This document shows, one piece after another, positions 20,231-30,555 of a DNA stretch of 64,000 bases (positions are counted from its first letter, which is position 1; each line of letters opens with the position of its first letter). The stretch is from Candidatus Latescibacterota bacterium. Lineage in GTDB: Bacteria; Latescibacterota; UBA2968. The DNA is taken from NCBI GenBank assembly GCA_965207885.1, contig OZ242311.1, positions 4,992,001-5,056,000 on the forward strand, in the 5' to 3' direction. Below the pieces are notes generated by a model. The model had not been told where the DNA came from, ran no database searches, and saw nothing but the letters and a program-made list of their open reading frames with translations. The translations under genes were made by a program, and so were the position numbers.

Positions 20231-21652
20231 GTGCCTAACCTTCTCTACATCTTCGCCGATCAACTCCGCCCGCAATCCTGTGGCTATATGGGCGACAACC
20301 GCGCCCGCACCCCCAATATCGACCGCCTATCATCTGAAGGCATCAACTTTGTCAACGCCACCTCGGTCTATCCCGTGTGCAGCCCGCATCGCGCATCCCT
20401 CTTTACGGGCTGTTATCCCACCACCAATGGCTACGTCATGAACGAATTGAGTGCCCGCACCGATTTGCCAACGCTTGCCGGCACATTGACGCAGAACGGC
20501 GTGAATTGTGCCTACATCGGCAAATGGCACATTTACGCAACCGAAGGCAAAGTTTATAAACAGGCCGGAGATTTTCACAAGAATCCCGCCAATCAATTCG
20601 TGCCCCCAGGCCCGCACCGACTGGGATTTGACCACTATTGGGCAGCCTACAACTTCAACCACACCTATTACAAGGGATTTTATTACGAAGACAAATTTGA
20701 ACGCATCGACATCCCTGCCTATGAACCCGATGCCATGACCGACCTCGCCATCTCCTATCTCGAAAACGCGCGCGAAAATCCAGAACCCTTCGCCCTCTTC
20801 GTCTCTTATGGCACACCTCATCAGCCCTGGAACTGGGACAACGTCCCCGAAGAATGGGGTATGCACTTCAAAGACATGGCCTTTGACCTGCCGCCAAATT
20901 ACCGGGACGGATCAGGAGAATACTGGCATGCATGGTTCGACCGTGATTGGTGGATGAAATCCGTCAAACCCAACCTCGTTGAATGGCAGCGAATCTATGC
21001 CGCTATGACTGCCAACCTCGACTGGAACGTGGGCCGAATTTTAGACGCGATAGACAGATTCGACCTCGCGCACGACACCCTCGTCGTCTTCACATCAGAC
21101 CACGGCGAAATGTTTGGCGCACACGGTCGCGTTCAGAAAAACATCTACTATGAAGAAGCCGCTCGCGTCCCCTTTCTCATGCGCTGGCCCAACCGAATCG
21201 CACCCAAAACCGAAAGCGATGCCTGCCTCAACACACCCGATATCATGCCCACGCTGCTCTCACTTATAGACGTCGATATCCCCGATGGTATCGATGGATT
21301 TGACCTTTCGCATTGCGCATTTGGTCAGCCTGGAAAAGAACCCGAAGTTGCATTTTTGCAGGGCATGGGTCCCAGCGTCGATTGGGACGATGGCTTTGAA
21401 TGGCGTGCCTTGCGCGACAAACAATATACCTATGCCATTGAAAAACATGGAGAATCCCTCTACAATCATCGCGAAGACCCCCTGCAATTGCACAATCTCG
21501 CCAGCAGCCCTGACCATGCCAGAACAATCCAGCATTACCGCGACCAGATTCGGACGCGCATGGACTCACTAAACGACACCTTTGAACCCACCACCTTTTA
21601 CCGCGATCACTGGATCGAAAATGGCCGCGTTATCAGAGGCGCACGCGATTGA
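20231..21652 (+). CDS. Formylglycine-dependent sulfatase
   Basis: PNLL..DQ, TPNIDRL, CSPHR (CxPxR), GKWH, SDHGE. Confidence 0.93.
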   Translation: MPNLLYIFADQLRPQSCGYMGDNRARTPNIDRLSSEGINFVNATSVYPVCSPHRASLFTGCYPTTNGYVMNELSARTDLPTLAGTLTQNGVNCAYIGKWHIYATEGKVYKQAGDFHKNPANQFVPPGPHRLGFDHYWAAYNFNHTYYKGFYYEDKFERIDIPAYEPDAMTDLAISYLENARENPEPFALFVSYGTPHQPWNWDNVPEEWGMHFKDMAFDLPPNYRDGSGEYWHAWFDRDWWMKSVKPNLVEWQRIYAAMTANLDWNVGRILDAIDRFDLAHDTLVVFTSDHGEMFGAHGRVQKNIYYEEAARVPFLMRWPNRIAPKTESDACLNTPDIMPTLLSLIDVDIPDGIDGFDLSHCAFGQPGKEPEVAFLQGMGPSVDWDDGFEWRALRDKQYTYAIEKHGESLYNHREDPLQLHNLASSPDHARTIQHYRDQIRTRMDSLNDTFEPTTFYRDHWIENGRVIRGARD

Positions 21653-23094
21653 GGAGACCACCATTGACATCAAAACGCCCCAACATCCTCTGGATCTGCA
21701 CAGATCAACAACGCTACGACACCATCCACGCCCTCGGCAATGAACACATCCAGACGCCCAACCTCGACCGCCTCTGCGCCGAAGGCGTAGCATTCACACA
21801 TGCCCACTGCCAGAGCGCGATATGCACGCCCAGTCGTTCCAGCTTTCTCACCGGGCTATATCCCAGCACCGTACACGGCAATCGCAATGGCAATGCCTAT
21901 TTCCCGGCAAATGAACGCGTACAACTCATCACCAAACGCCTCGCAGATGCCGGATACGATTGCGGCTTATCGGGAAAACTCCATCTCGCCTCTGCCTGGA
22001 ACGGCGAAGAACAACGCGTTGACGATGGGTATCGCAAATTCTGGTATAGCCACTCACACAATCAGGGTATCGGAATTGGCAACCAGTACACCGACTGGCT
22101 CACCGAACAGGGCATAGACCTCGGCGACGTCTTTCAAACAAAAAAAGATGGCACATACGGCACCTATCGTCCCGACATGAATCCCCAATACCACCAGACC
22201 ACCTGGTGTGCGGACCGCGCCATAGAATTTATCGAATCCCCCCACAATGGTCCCTGGCTCATGAGCGTCAACCCCTTTGACCCGCACGGACCTTTTGACG
22301 CCCCCGACACACACAAATACAATCCCGCCGACTTGCCACCTCCGCTATTTTGCGAAAGCGACCTGCAAACACAAACGCGGCTCAAACGCTTCTTCGCAGG
22401 GCAAGAAGGCAACCCACCCGGCGACCGCGAACAGCACAACAAAGCGTCCTACTACGGCATGATCGCCCTCATCGACGAAAACGTCGGTCGCATGCTCAAC
22501 GCACTTGAGCGCACGGAACAACGCGAAAATACCGTGGTCATCTTCACGAGCGACCACGGCGAAATGCTCGGCGATCACGGCCTCACCGGCAAAGGTTGCC
22601 GCTTCTACGAAGCCCTCGTAAGGGTTCCTCTCATCATCTCATGGCCCGGCACCTTTCTCCAGGGCCACCGCGCAGATGACCTCACCGCGCTCTTAGACAT
22701 TGCGCCCACCCTTGCCGACCTCGCTGGCATCCCTCTCGAATGGACACACGGCAAATCCCTCATTCCCATTCTCACGGGCGAATATCCCGGGCACGCGCAC
22801 CACGAATTTGTGCGCTGTGAATACTACGATGTCGTCGATAAATTCGCCCCACACGCCTCTGAAAAACACAAACCCTGTTGGGCGACCATGTTGCGCAACA
22901 ACCGCTACAAACTCGTCGTCTATCACAACGAAGACTACGGCGAACTCTACGATCTTCGAGAAGATCCCGATGAATTTCACAACCTCTGTGAAGACCCATC
23001 CCACACAGATCTGAAATACCAGCTCATCAAACAAAACTTCGACCACACCGTTATATGCGCCGACCCCGGTCCCGAACGCATAGGAAGATATTAA
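21649..23094 (+). CDS. Formylglycine-dependent sulfatase
   Basis: RPNIL..DQQR, CTPSR, GKLH, SDHGE; start may be TTG 21664. Confidence 0.93.
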   Translation: MRRPPLTSKRPNILWICTDQQRYDTIHALGNEHIQTPNLDRLCAEGVAFTHAHCQSAICTPSRSSFLTGLYPSTVHGNRNGNAYFPANERVQLITKRLADAGYDCGLSGKLHLASAWNGEEQRVDDGYRKFWYSHSHNQGIGIGNQYTDWLTEQGIDLGDVFQTKKDGTYGTYRPDMNPQYHQTTWCADRAIEFIESPHNGPWLMSVNPFDPHGPFDAPDTHKYNPADLPPPLFCESDLQTQTRLKRFFAGQEGNPPGDREQHNKASYYGMIALIDENVGRMLNALERTEQRENTVVIFTSDHGEMLGDHGLTGKGCRFYEALVRVPLIISWPGTFLQGHRADDLTALLDIAPTLADLAGIPLEWTHGKSLIPILTGEYPGHAHHEFVRCEYYDVVDKFAPHASEKHKPCWATMLRNNRYKLVVYHNEDYGELYDLREDPDEFHNLCEDPSHTDLKYQLIKQNFDHTVICADPGPERIGRY

Positions 23095-23939
23095 GCGTTT
23101 CAATGGAGAGCGCAACATGAAATTCAAAACACCGTTAGACGTCAGACTCGCTTGCAGAGCCAACGAACTCGAAGGCTTCGCATCCCGAGCCCTTCCCGGT
23201 TACCTGTGCGTCAACGTCGCTTTTCTGGACATAGACTACGCCGACGATTTCGAGGCATTCTGTCGCGCCAACCCGAAACCCTGCCCGCTGATCGCTAAAA
23301 TGGAACCCGGCCAAACAGACTGTCCCAAGTATGCACGCGCCCTCGATATCCGAACCGACCTGGGTTCATACGACATCGTACGCGATGGCGAAGTCACCGA
23401 ACGCCGACAGGACATCGTGGACCTGTTCGACGACCGAACCGTTACCTTCCTGATCGGATCGAGCGTCTCCTTCGACGGCCTCCTGACCGAAAAAGGCTAC
23501 CCCGCCGCATTCGGACCGACCATTCAACTCACGTCGCTCCCGTGCAAAACAGTCGGGATCTTCTCGGGCAACATGGCCGTCACCATCCGCTCATTTGATC
23601 CGGCTATGATCGACGATGTATGGGAATTCACAAGCCACTTTCCCGGGTGTCACGGCGCCCCAATCGGAAGAAACAATGCGGACGAACTCGGTATTGAAGA
23701 ACTGAACGTCAACATGGACGGTCACCCGTTTGAAGTACCCGAAGGAACGGACCGCTTGTATTGGGCTTGCGGCATCACACCCCGCATTGTCGCCGAACAG
23801 GCCAGGCTCCCCTTCATGATATCCTACACCCCTGGCCACGCAATGATCACCGACATCCCGACAGAGAGCCTGTACCAGGCCTGACCTGAGATACCGTTAT
23901 ATGCGCCGATCCCGGTCCCAAACGCATAGGAAGATATTA
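23047..23939 (+). repeat. 47-bp direct repeat (23047-23093 and 23893-23939) flanking the DUF1445 gene
   Basis: ACCGTTATATGCGCCGA(C/T)CCCGGTCCC(G/A)AACGCATAGGAAGATATTA, 45 of 47 identical. Confidence 0.9.
23117..23884 (+). CDS. DUF1445 / D-glutamate cyclase-like hydro-lyase
   Basis: FCRANPKPCPL, DIRTDL, HGAP, YWACGITP, PGHAMITD. Confidence 0.85.
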   Translation: MKFKTPLDVRLACRANELEGFASRALPGYLCVNVAFLDIDYADDFEAFCRANPKPCPLIAKMEPGQTDCPKYARALDIRTDLGSYDIVRDGEVTERRQDIVDLFDDRTVTFLIGSSVSFDGLLTEKGYPAAFGPTIQLTSLPCKTVGIFSGNMAVTIRSFDPAMIDDVWEFTSHFPGCHGAPIGRNNADELGIEELNVNMDGHPFEVPEGTDRLYWACGITPRIVAEQARLPFMISYTPGHAMITDIPTESLYQA

Positions 23940-23941
23940 GC

Positions 23942-25315
23942 ATGAACCAGCGCCCCAACATCCTACTCGTCATGAGCGACGAACACGACCCCGCAGTCAC
24001 CGGCTGTTACGGTCACCCCCATATCGAAACGCCACACATGGATCGCCTCGCATCCGAAGGCACCACCTTTGACAATGCCTATACCGCCTGCCCGATATGC
24101 GTACCGGCGCGCATGTCCTTTATGACTGGACAATACGTCCACCAGATCGGCACCTGGGACAACGGCTCACCCCTCGCGGGAACAATCCCCACAATGGGCA
24201 GCTACCTCGAAGCCGCGGGCTACGAAACCGCAGCCTGCGGCCGCACCCACTTCATAGGTCCCGAACGCCTGCACGGCTTTGGCGCGCGCCTCATGGACGA
24301 TGCAGAAAAATGGAAACACTGGAATATGGGTGCCCCCTCCCGCACACCCGACGCCCGGCGCGGCAGCAACAGCCACGTCACCGAATGCGGCCCCGGAGAA
24401 AACTGGCAAACCGACTACGACAGCACAGCTACCGACCTCTCCGAACGCTTTCTCAAATCTCGCGCGCAATACGCCGACCGCCCCTTTTTCCTCTACACCG
24501 GCTTCATAAATCCCCACTTCCCCCTCCTGTGCCCGCAAGAATACTTCGACCGATACTATCCCGACCGCGTCATCTTGCCACACACGAGAACCGAACCCTG
24601 CGAAACCCAGCATCCTTCCATCCAGCAACTCCGCTACTGGCTGCGCAACGAAGAACCCCTGCCCGACGCCATCTCCACCACTGCAACCGCGGCTTACTAC
24701 GGCCTCATCACTTTCACCGATTACCTCGTCGGTCGATTGCTCGACATAGTCGATAACTCATCCCTGCGCGACAACACCGTCGTCATCTACGTCAGCGACC
24801 ACGGCGAAATGGGCGGACACCACGGTATATGGCAAAAACAATGTTTCTACGAACACTCCGTGCGCGTCCCCATGATCATTCGCCACCCAAACGCTGCAGG
24901 CAACCAGCGCATCGCCGCAGGAGCCAACCTCATCGACATCCTCCCCACCCTACTCGATCTCGCCGAACAGGACCCCGCGCCATTGCCCGGCAGTAGCCTC
25001 CTGCCCGCCATCCTCGGACATCCCTTTCCCGACCGTCCCATCTTTAGCGAATACCACGCTCTCGGCGCGCTAACTGGCGGCTTCATGATCAAAAAAGGCG
25101 ATTGGAAATACATCCACTACGTAGGCCTGCCAGACCAGTTATTCAACGTCGCCAACGACCCCGACGAAACCGAAAATCGCGCCGACGACCCCACCTGTAC
25201 CGACATCCTCTCCGACCTCCGCGCCGACCTCCACAACATCGTCATACCCGAAGAAATCGACCAGCGCGCCAAAGCAAATCAAAAAATCAAAGGCATTAAC
25301 AGAGCAACCCGTTAG
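23942..25315 (+). CDS. Sulfatase (choline sulfatase-like)
   Basis: SDEH, CVPAR, HFIGPERLHGF, SDHGEM. Confidence 0.92.
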   Translation: MNQRPNILLVMSDEHDPAVTGCYGHPHIETPHMDRLASEGTTFDNAYTACPICVPARMSFMTGQYVHQIGTWDNGSPLAGTIPTMGSYLEAAGYETAACGRTHFIGPERLHGFGARLMDDAEKWKHWNMGAPSRTPDARRGSNSHVTECGPGENWQTDYDSTATDLSERFLKSRAQYADRPFFLYTGFINPHFPLLCPQEYFDRYYPDRVILPHTRTEPCETQHPSIQQLRYWLRNEEPLPDAISTTATAAYYGLITFTDYLVGRLLDIVDNSSLRDNTVVIYVSDHGEMGGHHGIWQKQCFYEHSVRVPMIIRHPNAAGNQRIAAGANLIDILPTLLDLAEQDPAPLPGSSLLPAILGHPFPDRPIFSEYHALGALTGGFMIKKGDWKYIHYVGLPDQLFNVANDPDETENRADDPTCTDILSDLRADLHNIVIPEEIDQRAKANQKIKGINRATR

Positions 25316-25326
25316 CTGTCAACTCT

Positions 25327-27495
25327 TTATGGTCCTAACACCTCGTACTCGCCTTGCGCCCATGCATCTAACCCCGACGTATAGAATTTGGAAAAACGGC
25401 GATCTGAAGCACCACCCGCGACATTTGCGTATAGCACATCCTCCCCAAAATCGCAAATCATTCGAAAAGTGGGTGCAAGCGCGCCGCCTTTGAACACGCC
25501 AGCCTGAGAAACCGTTGACCGACTCCCAATATTCGCAAGCGAATAATCAAAACCCAAAAACCTCGGCAACTTCCCCCTGAAAAAAATATGCTCAATATAA
25601 ACTTTACTCACTTTGCCGTGCGGCACGGCTTTTTTTCTTAACCCGCGTTCAATCGCCATTTGATAAAGAACCTCACGCGGCTGATCTCCAAACCAGACCG
25701 ATGCCTCGCTCAAAAGAATGCGATCAAAATATCCGTGCAGAACACTGAACAGCGTCGTACCATCCAGCAAAAACGTCACCATCTCGCGCCCCAAACCATT
25801 ATCCCCAAAAACGAGCAAAACCAATTTGCGATAAACGCGCTCAAAAAGCGTCGCACCCAGAGAATCCGCATCATAACACAAATCCCACTCCTGCAATATA
25901 TTCCCGTTTTCTGATTCGGGTAATAACGGACGTATAACCGCCATAAACTCCCTGGCCTGAAGCGCGTAAAGATCGCAGTGAATCCGCTTCATATCCTCTA
26001 CTGTCAAATCATCCTTCTCCCGCAACATCTCGCAAATTCGATCCACGCGATAAGACGAAATCGACAACTTCATTGGCGCGAACTGCCCCATAGAATTGAG
26101 ATCCTGATTTGCCGTCGCAATAAAATCGCATTCTGGATTAATCGCACGCGGATACAATATTGGATCCACCATCCCATCCCAATTCTGTTTCTCATCCCAA
26201 CCCAAATACGGAAGCAAACCCGATGAACCTTCGGGTTGTTTGGGCACCAGCCCCCCGAGTTGATATCCAATATTCCCCCCCCGATCAGCAAACACCCAAT
26301 TAAACGGCGCAAACGTCAACCCCGCAAAATAATCCCGTGCCTCTTCAACGCCTTTTGACTTTGTAATCCGCAAAACACAATCCAGCGAATCCGCACCCGT
26401 CCCCTTTTGCTGCTTACCCGTCCACGCATAACACAGGTAAAACCCATCCTCATTGACCTCACCCTCCAACAAGCCGCGTTCCGTCTCGCAAACGCGCAAC
26501 CCTATCGGATCCCGCTTCCTGGGCCGAATAACCTCTTCTCGCACGCGCAAAGGCACCCATTTATCCCCACATCTATACTTCCCATCCTTCACCTCCTCCA
26601 AAAAATAATCACACACATCGGCGGTACCATAGGTCGCTGCCCACGACAGATGGGGTGACCGTCCCATAGCCACAACCGGCAACCCTGGCAGCGTCGCACC
26701 CATCAAATAATCATCGCCCCCAGACAGAACCGCCAGATACCACACCGAAGGCAATTGCAATTGCAGATGCGGATCTCCGCACATCATCGCCCATCCAGAT
26801 GCCGTCTTTGACGGACGCACAGCCCAATTATTGCTCGCGGAAAAATCGGGCAACAAATCGCGCCACACCACAGATGATGGAATCATCGGACGCACCAGAC
26901 GCACTTTCTTTATCAGATCGATGTACTCTTCTGATACATCATCCCGAATCGCTGGAAAAAGTTCCTTCAATCGCTCTGTATCCACGCCCTTCTGAATCAA
27001 CTGAACAATCAACTTCTCCATATCGCCCTGCATTTGCGAAAGCCCAACAAAACCGATCAGCTTGACCATCAGCAAGGCATCTGCCGGCGTCCAGTCATCT
27101 GGTCGATACCCCATCAGCTTAAATTCAAAAGGCGTTCCCGTTGCGCGCACCGCCTGATTCACCCCCTTGCAATACGCATCCAGAACCGCTTGCACATCAG
27201 GTGACAAACGTCGCACTTCCCGATCCGCATCACCCGCTATATCGAGCCAGCGCATAAATCGATCTACCTCAATCAACTCGTCATCCGCTTTCAGATATGC
27301 AGACGCATTCCCGCGCCCAATGAGCTTGAGCAACCACATGTGCATCTGCCTATCCCGGCCATGTGCATACCCCAGACCGTAATACCGATCCTCCTCCTCC
27401 CCCGCCGAAATATGCGGAAACCCATGCGCCATCCGCTCAATGCACACCTCGCCTTTAATACCTGGTATCACAATTTTTTTTGCATCGCGTTTCAT
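25327..27495 (-). CDS. Penicillin acylase family Ntn-hydrolase
   Basis: GYAHGRDR, SNNWAV autocleavage site, GDPHL, ATANQ. Confidence 0.9.
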   Translation of the reverse strand: MKRDAKKIVIPGIKGEVCIERMAHGFPHISAGEEEDRYYGLGYAHGRDRQMHMWLLKLIGRGNASAYLKADDELIEVDRFMRWLDIAGDADREVRRLSPDVQAVLDAYCKGVNQAVRATGTPFEFKLMGYRPDDWTPADALLMVKLIGFVGLSQMQGDMEKLIVQLIQKGVDTERLKELFPAIRDDVSEEYIDLIKKVRLVRPMIPSSVVWRDLLPDFSASNNWAVRPSKTASGWAMMCGDPHLQLQLPSVWYLAVLSGGDDYLMGATLPGLPVVAMGRSPHLSWAATYGTADVCDYFLEEVKDGKYRCGDKWVPLRVREEVIRPRKRDPIGLRVCETERGLLEGEVNEDGFYLCYAWTGKQQKGTGADSLDCVLRITKSKGVEEARDYFAGLTFAPFNWVFADRGGNIGYQLGGLVPKQPEGSSGLLPYLGWDEKQNWDGMVDPILYPRAINPECDFIATANQDLNSMGQFAPMKLSISSYRVDRICEMLREKDDLTVEDMKRIHCDLYALQAREFMAVIRPLLPESENGNILQEWDLCYDADSLGATLFERVYRKLVLLVFGDNGLGREMVTFLLDGTTLFSVLHGYFDRILLSEASVWFGDQPREVLYQMAIERGLRKKAVPHGKVSKVYIEHIFFRGKLPRFLGFDYSLANIGSRSTVSQAGVFKGGALAPTFRMICDFGEDVLYANVAGGASDRRFSKFYTSGLDAWAQGEYEVLGP

Positions 27496-27547
27496 ATTGT
27501 AACCCAAAAAAAACGAAGCACTTGTCAATGCTCCGCTTTTTTTATTT

Positions 27548-29086
27548 TCACTCCCACAACCTTCTATCCAGACTACGGTATTGAATCGCCTCGGCAACAT
27601 GGCGCGATTGGATATCCTCTTCGCCTTCCAGATCTGCTATTGTGCGGCTCGCCTTCAGGATGCGATCATAGGCCCGCGCCGAAAGCCCCAATCGCGTAAT
27701 CGCCATCCGCAACAACTCCTCGCTCCTATCATCAATTTTACAAAACATCCGAATCTCTCGCGACCCCATGTGCGCGTTGCTAAACAAATCTCTATAATCT
27801 GCAAACCGTTCCAATTGTATTTGCCGCGCGCCTTGCACGCGCTTGCGAACCTCTGCAGAAGACTCGCCAGCGGGTTCATTGGCCAGTTCTTCATACTGCA
27901 CAGCCGGGGCTTCTACGTGAATATCAATGCGATCCATCAGCGGTCCCGAGATTCGATTGACATAGCGCTGCACCACAGGTGGCGAGCAAATACACTCGTG
28001 GTGTGGATCGCCCAAATACCCGCACGGACACGGATTCATAGCGCAAACGAGCATAAACTGCGCCGGATACGAAAGCGACATCGCTGCGCGGGCAATCGTC
28101 ACAAAACTATCCTCAATGGGCTGGCGAAGAGATTCCAAAACCTGTTTCTTAAACTCGGGAAGCTCATCCAAAAACAGCACTCCGTGATGTGCCAGCGACA
28201 CCTCTCCCGGCCGGGGATAGGGACCGCCACCGATCAATCCCGCATCTGAAATCGTGTGATGTGGCGAACGAAACGGCCTCGTCGCCACCAGTGCTGTATC
28301 GGGCGGCAACAACCCCGCTACCGAGTGAATTTTTGTCGTCTGCAGAGCCTCATCCAGCGTCAGATCGGGTAAGATAGTCGGCAATCTCCTGGCGAGCATC
28401 GTCTTACCAGATCCGGGAGGCCCCATGAGAATCGCGTTATGCGCGCCTGCCGCCGCCACCTCCAGCGCGCGCTTGGCATGCTCTTGCCCGCGCACATCCC
28501 TAAAATCCACCCGATGCATCCGCGCCTGCCGAAAAATCGCCTGGCTATTGATTTCAAAGGGCATGATATCGCAGTACCCCTCAAAAAAATCCAGTGCCTC
28601 ACTCAAATCGCGCACCGGCAAAACATCTAACCCTCCAGTAATCGCCGCCTCTTGCGCATTCTCCACAGGGACGAGCAACCCTTTTAAACCCGCCTTTTTG
28701 GCTTCCACAGCCATTGACAGCGCCCCGCGCACGGGCCGCACCGTACCATCTAAAGCCAACTCACCCAAAATGAGATATTGCGACAGCTTCTCGGGTGAAA
28801 TTGAATCGCCCATCGCGGCGATAATACCTATCGCAATCGGCAAATCAAATGCCGAGCCTTCCTTTCGAATATCTGCCGGTGCCAAATTCACCGTAATCCG
28901 ATTAGTTGGAAATGTTCGCCCGGCATTTTTAATCGCAGCCATCACCCGATCCCGGCTCTCCTTCACCGTACTATCGGGCAAACCCACCACTGAAAATGAG
29001 GGAAGCCGACGCGAAATATCCGCCTCAATATGCACGATATACGCATCAATACCCAGCGTTGCACAACTCAACACACGCGAAGTCAT
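27548..29086 (-). CDS. comM: YifB/ComM Mg-chelatase-like AAA ATPase
   Basis: VGLPD..VKESRDR, NLAPAD, GPPGSGKT, HHGVLFLDE, NPCPCG; GGAGG RBS before ATG 29086. Confidence 0.93.
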   Translation of the reverse strand: MTSRVLSCATLGIDAYIVHIEADISRRLPSFSVVGLPDSTVKESRDRVMAAIKNAGRTFPTNRITVNLAPADIRKEGSAFDLPIAIGIIAAMGDSISPEKLSQYLILGELALDGTVRPVRGALSMAVEAKKAGLKGLLVPVENAQEAAITGGLDVLPVRDLSEALDFFEGYCDIMPFEINSQAIFRQARMHRVDFRDVRGQEHAKRALEVAAAGAHNAILMGPPGSGKTMLARRLPTILPDLTLDEALQTTKIHSVAGLLPPDTALVATRPFRSPHHTISDAGLIGGGPYPRPGEVSLAHHGVLFLDELPEFKKQVLESLRQPIEDSFVTIARAAMSLSYPAQFMLVCAMNPCPCGYLGDPHHECICSPPVVQRYVNRISGPLMDRIDIHVEAPAVQYEELANEPAGESSAEVRKRVQGARQIQLERFADYRDLFSNAHMGSREIRMFCKIDDRSEELLRMAITRLGLSARAYDRILKASRTIADLEGEEDIQSRHVAEAIQYRSLDRRLWE

Positions 29087-29272
29087 CAAAACCTCCTTGC
29101 CTGAAAGAAACCAACCGAAAGAAGCAATAGAATCAGGCAAGGAGTGTGCCAGAACCACTTGAAACAATAAATTGTTGTTATAAAACAATTTACATCATAT
29201 AAAAGTAGGCCTGTATTGAACAATCTTTTCACAAAAACCATCTTCCGCAGAACAAAATGTGCAACACGCCTG

Positions 29273-30513
29273 CTACTTCATCCGATCCAGCACGGGCTGC
29301 AATTTTTGTCGCGCTACCTCGGCTTCTGCGCCCCCATCGACGACCGGGTGTTCTTCCAACTCATCTGCGACAACATCGTACAAATCGCCCGTATCGTAGA
29401 GCTTCCAGCGTTTATCCTGTGCCCACCGCTTTAAGTAATACCCCACCTTACCCCATCCGGGAAGGGGATCGTGATGGGCAAAAATCCACTCGCGCGGCGT
29501 TCCCGCCTCGCCCTTTAACTGCGGTAAAAATGACACGCCATCAAACACATCGTCCTCGGGCAAAGAAATGCCAGCCATATCCATCATAGTGGGCACAAAA
29601 TCACTACAATCGATCAAATCATCACACACAGACCCCGGGGGAATTGTACCCGGCCAACTCGCAACAAATGGCACCCGCGTACCCGCATCGGTCGAAAGGC
29701 CCTTCCCCCCCTGGAACTCGCGACCATTAATCATAGAAGTCACCTGACGGGGCGAACCATTATCGCCAATAAACAAAAGCAAAGTATTCTCTCTCAGACC
29801 GAGTTCATCCAATTTATCTACAATCCGTCCAATCACCACATCCATATACTCAACCATATCTTTAAAATACTTCACACCGCTATCGTGTCGGTTTTCAGAC
29901 CATATTTCACTATGGGGCGTGGGTTCAAACGGACCGTGTGTCAGCGCCATGGGATAATAAACAAAAAATGGCTCATCCTTGTGCCGCTCGATATAATCGC
30001 AAATATAAGCCGTATAAATATCCGGACCGTACTTGCCCTCTGTATCCTCCAAATACGCTCCATTTTGCTGAATCACCGGATCGGCATACCGCGACCCCTT
30101 ATCCTCGGTGTGTTCCGTATGCCATAAGCAATACTCGTCAAAACCCGAATCTTCCGCCAATTGCCCCTTACCGCGCCACTCGGGCTCAAAATCCGGCGGA
30201 TTATAGCTATTTGCCATTTACCCGAAATACACGTTTTGTACCCAGCCGCTTGCATCAGATGTCCAAAGGTGCGCTCCTGAGGGTCCATCACGCCAAAAGC
30301 TCTCCAATTTCGAAAATTGTATTTACCCGTCATCAACTGTAACCGAGTCGGCGTACACAGCGGCAGGACATACGCATGGTCAAAACGCATCCCCTCCTTG
30401 CTCAAACCATCCAGCACGGGAGTTCGATACGATTCACCCCCATAACACCCCAAGCATTCATATCCCAAATCATCGGACAGAATCAGAATAATATTTGGTT
30501 TATCAGAAGCCAT
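29273..30513 (-). pseudogene. Sulfatase split by a frameshift near 30205-30212
   Basis: KPNII..DDLG, CTPTR, GKWQ in ORF 30073-30513; the rest (GDNG, GGKG, RVPF) is in ORF 29273-30217. Confidence 0.85.
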
Positions 30514-30555
30514 AAAATCTCCTTTCAGTAGTCAGAGCTTCGGGACACGCCCCAT

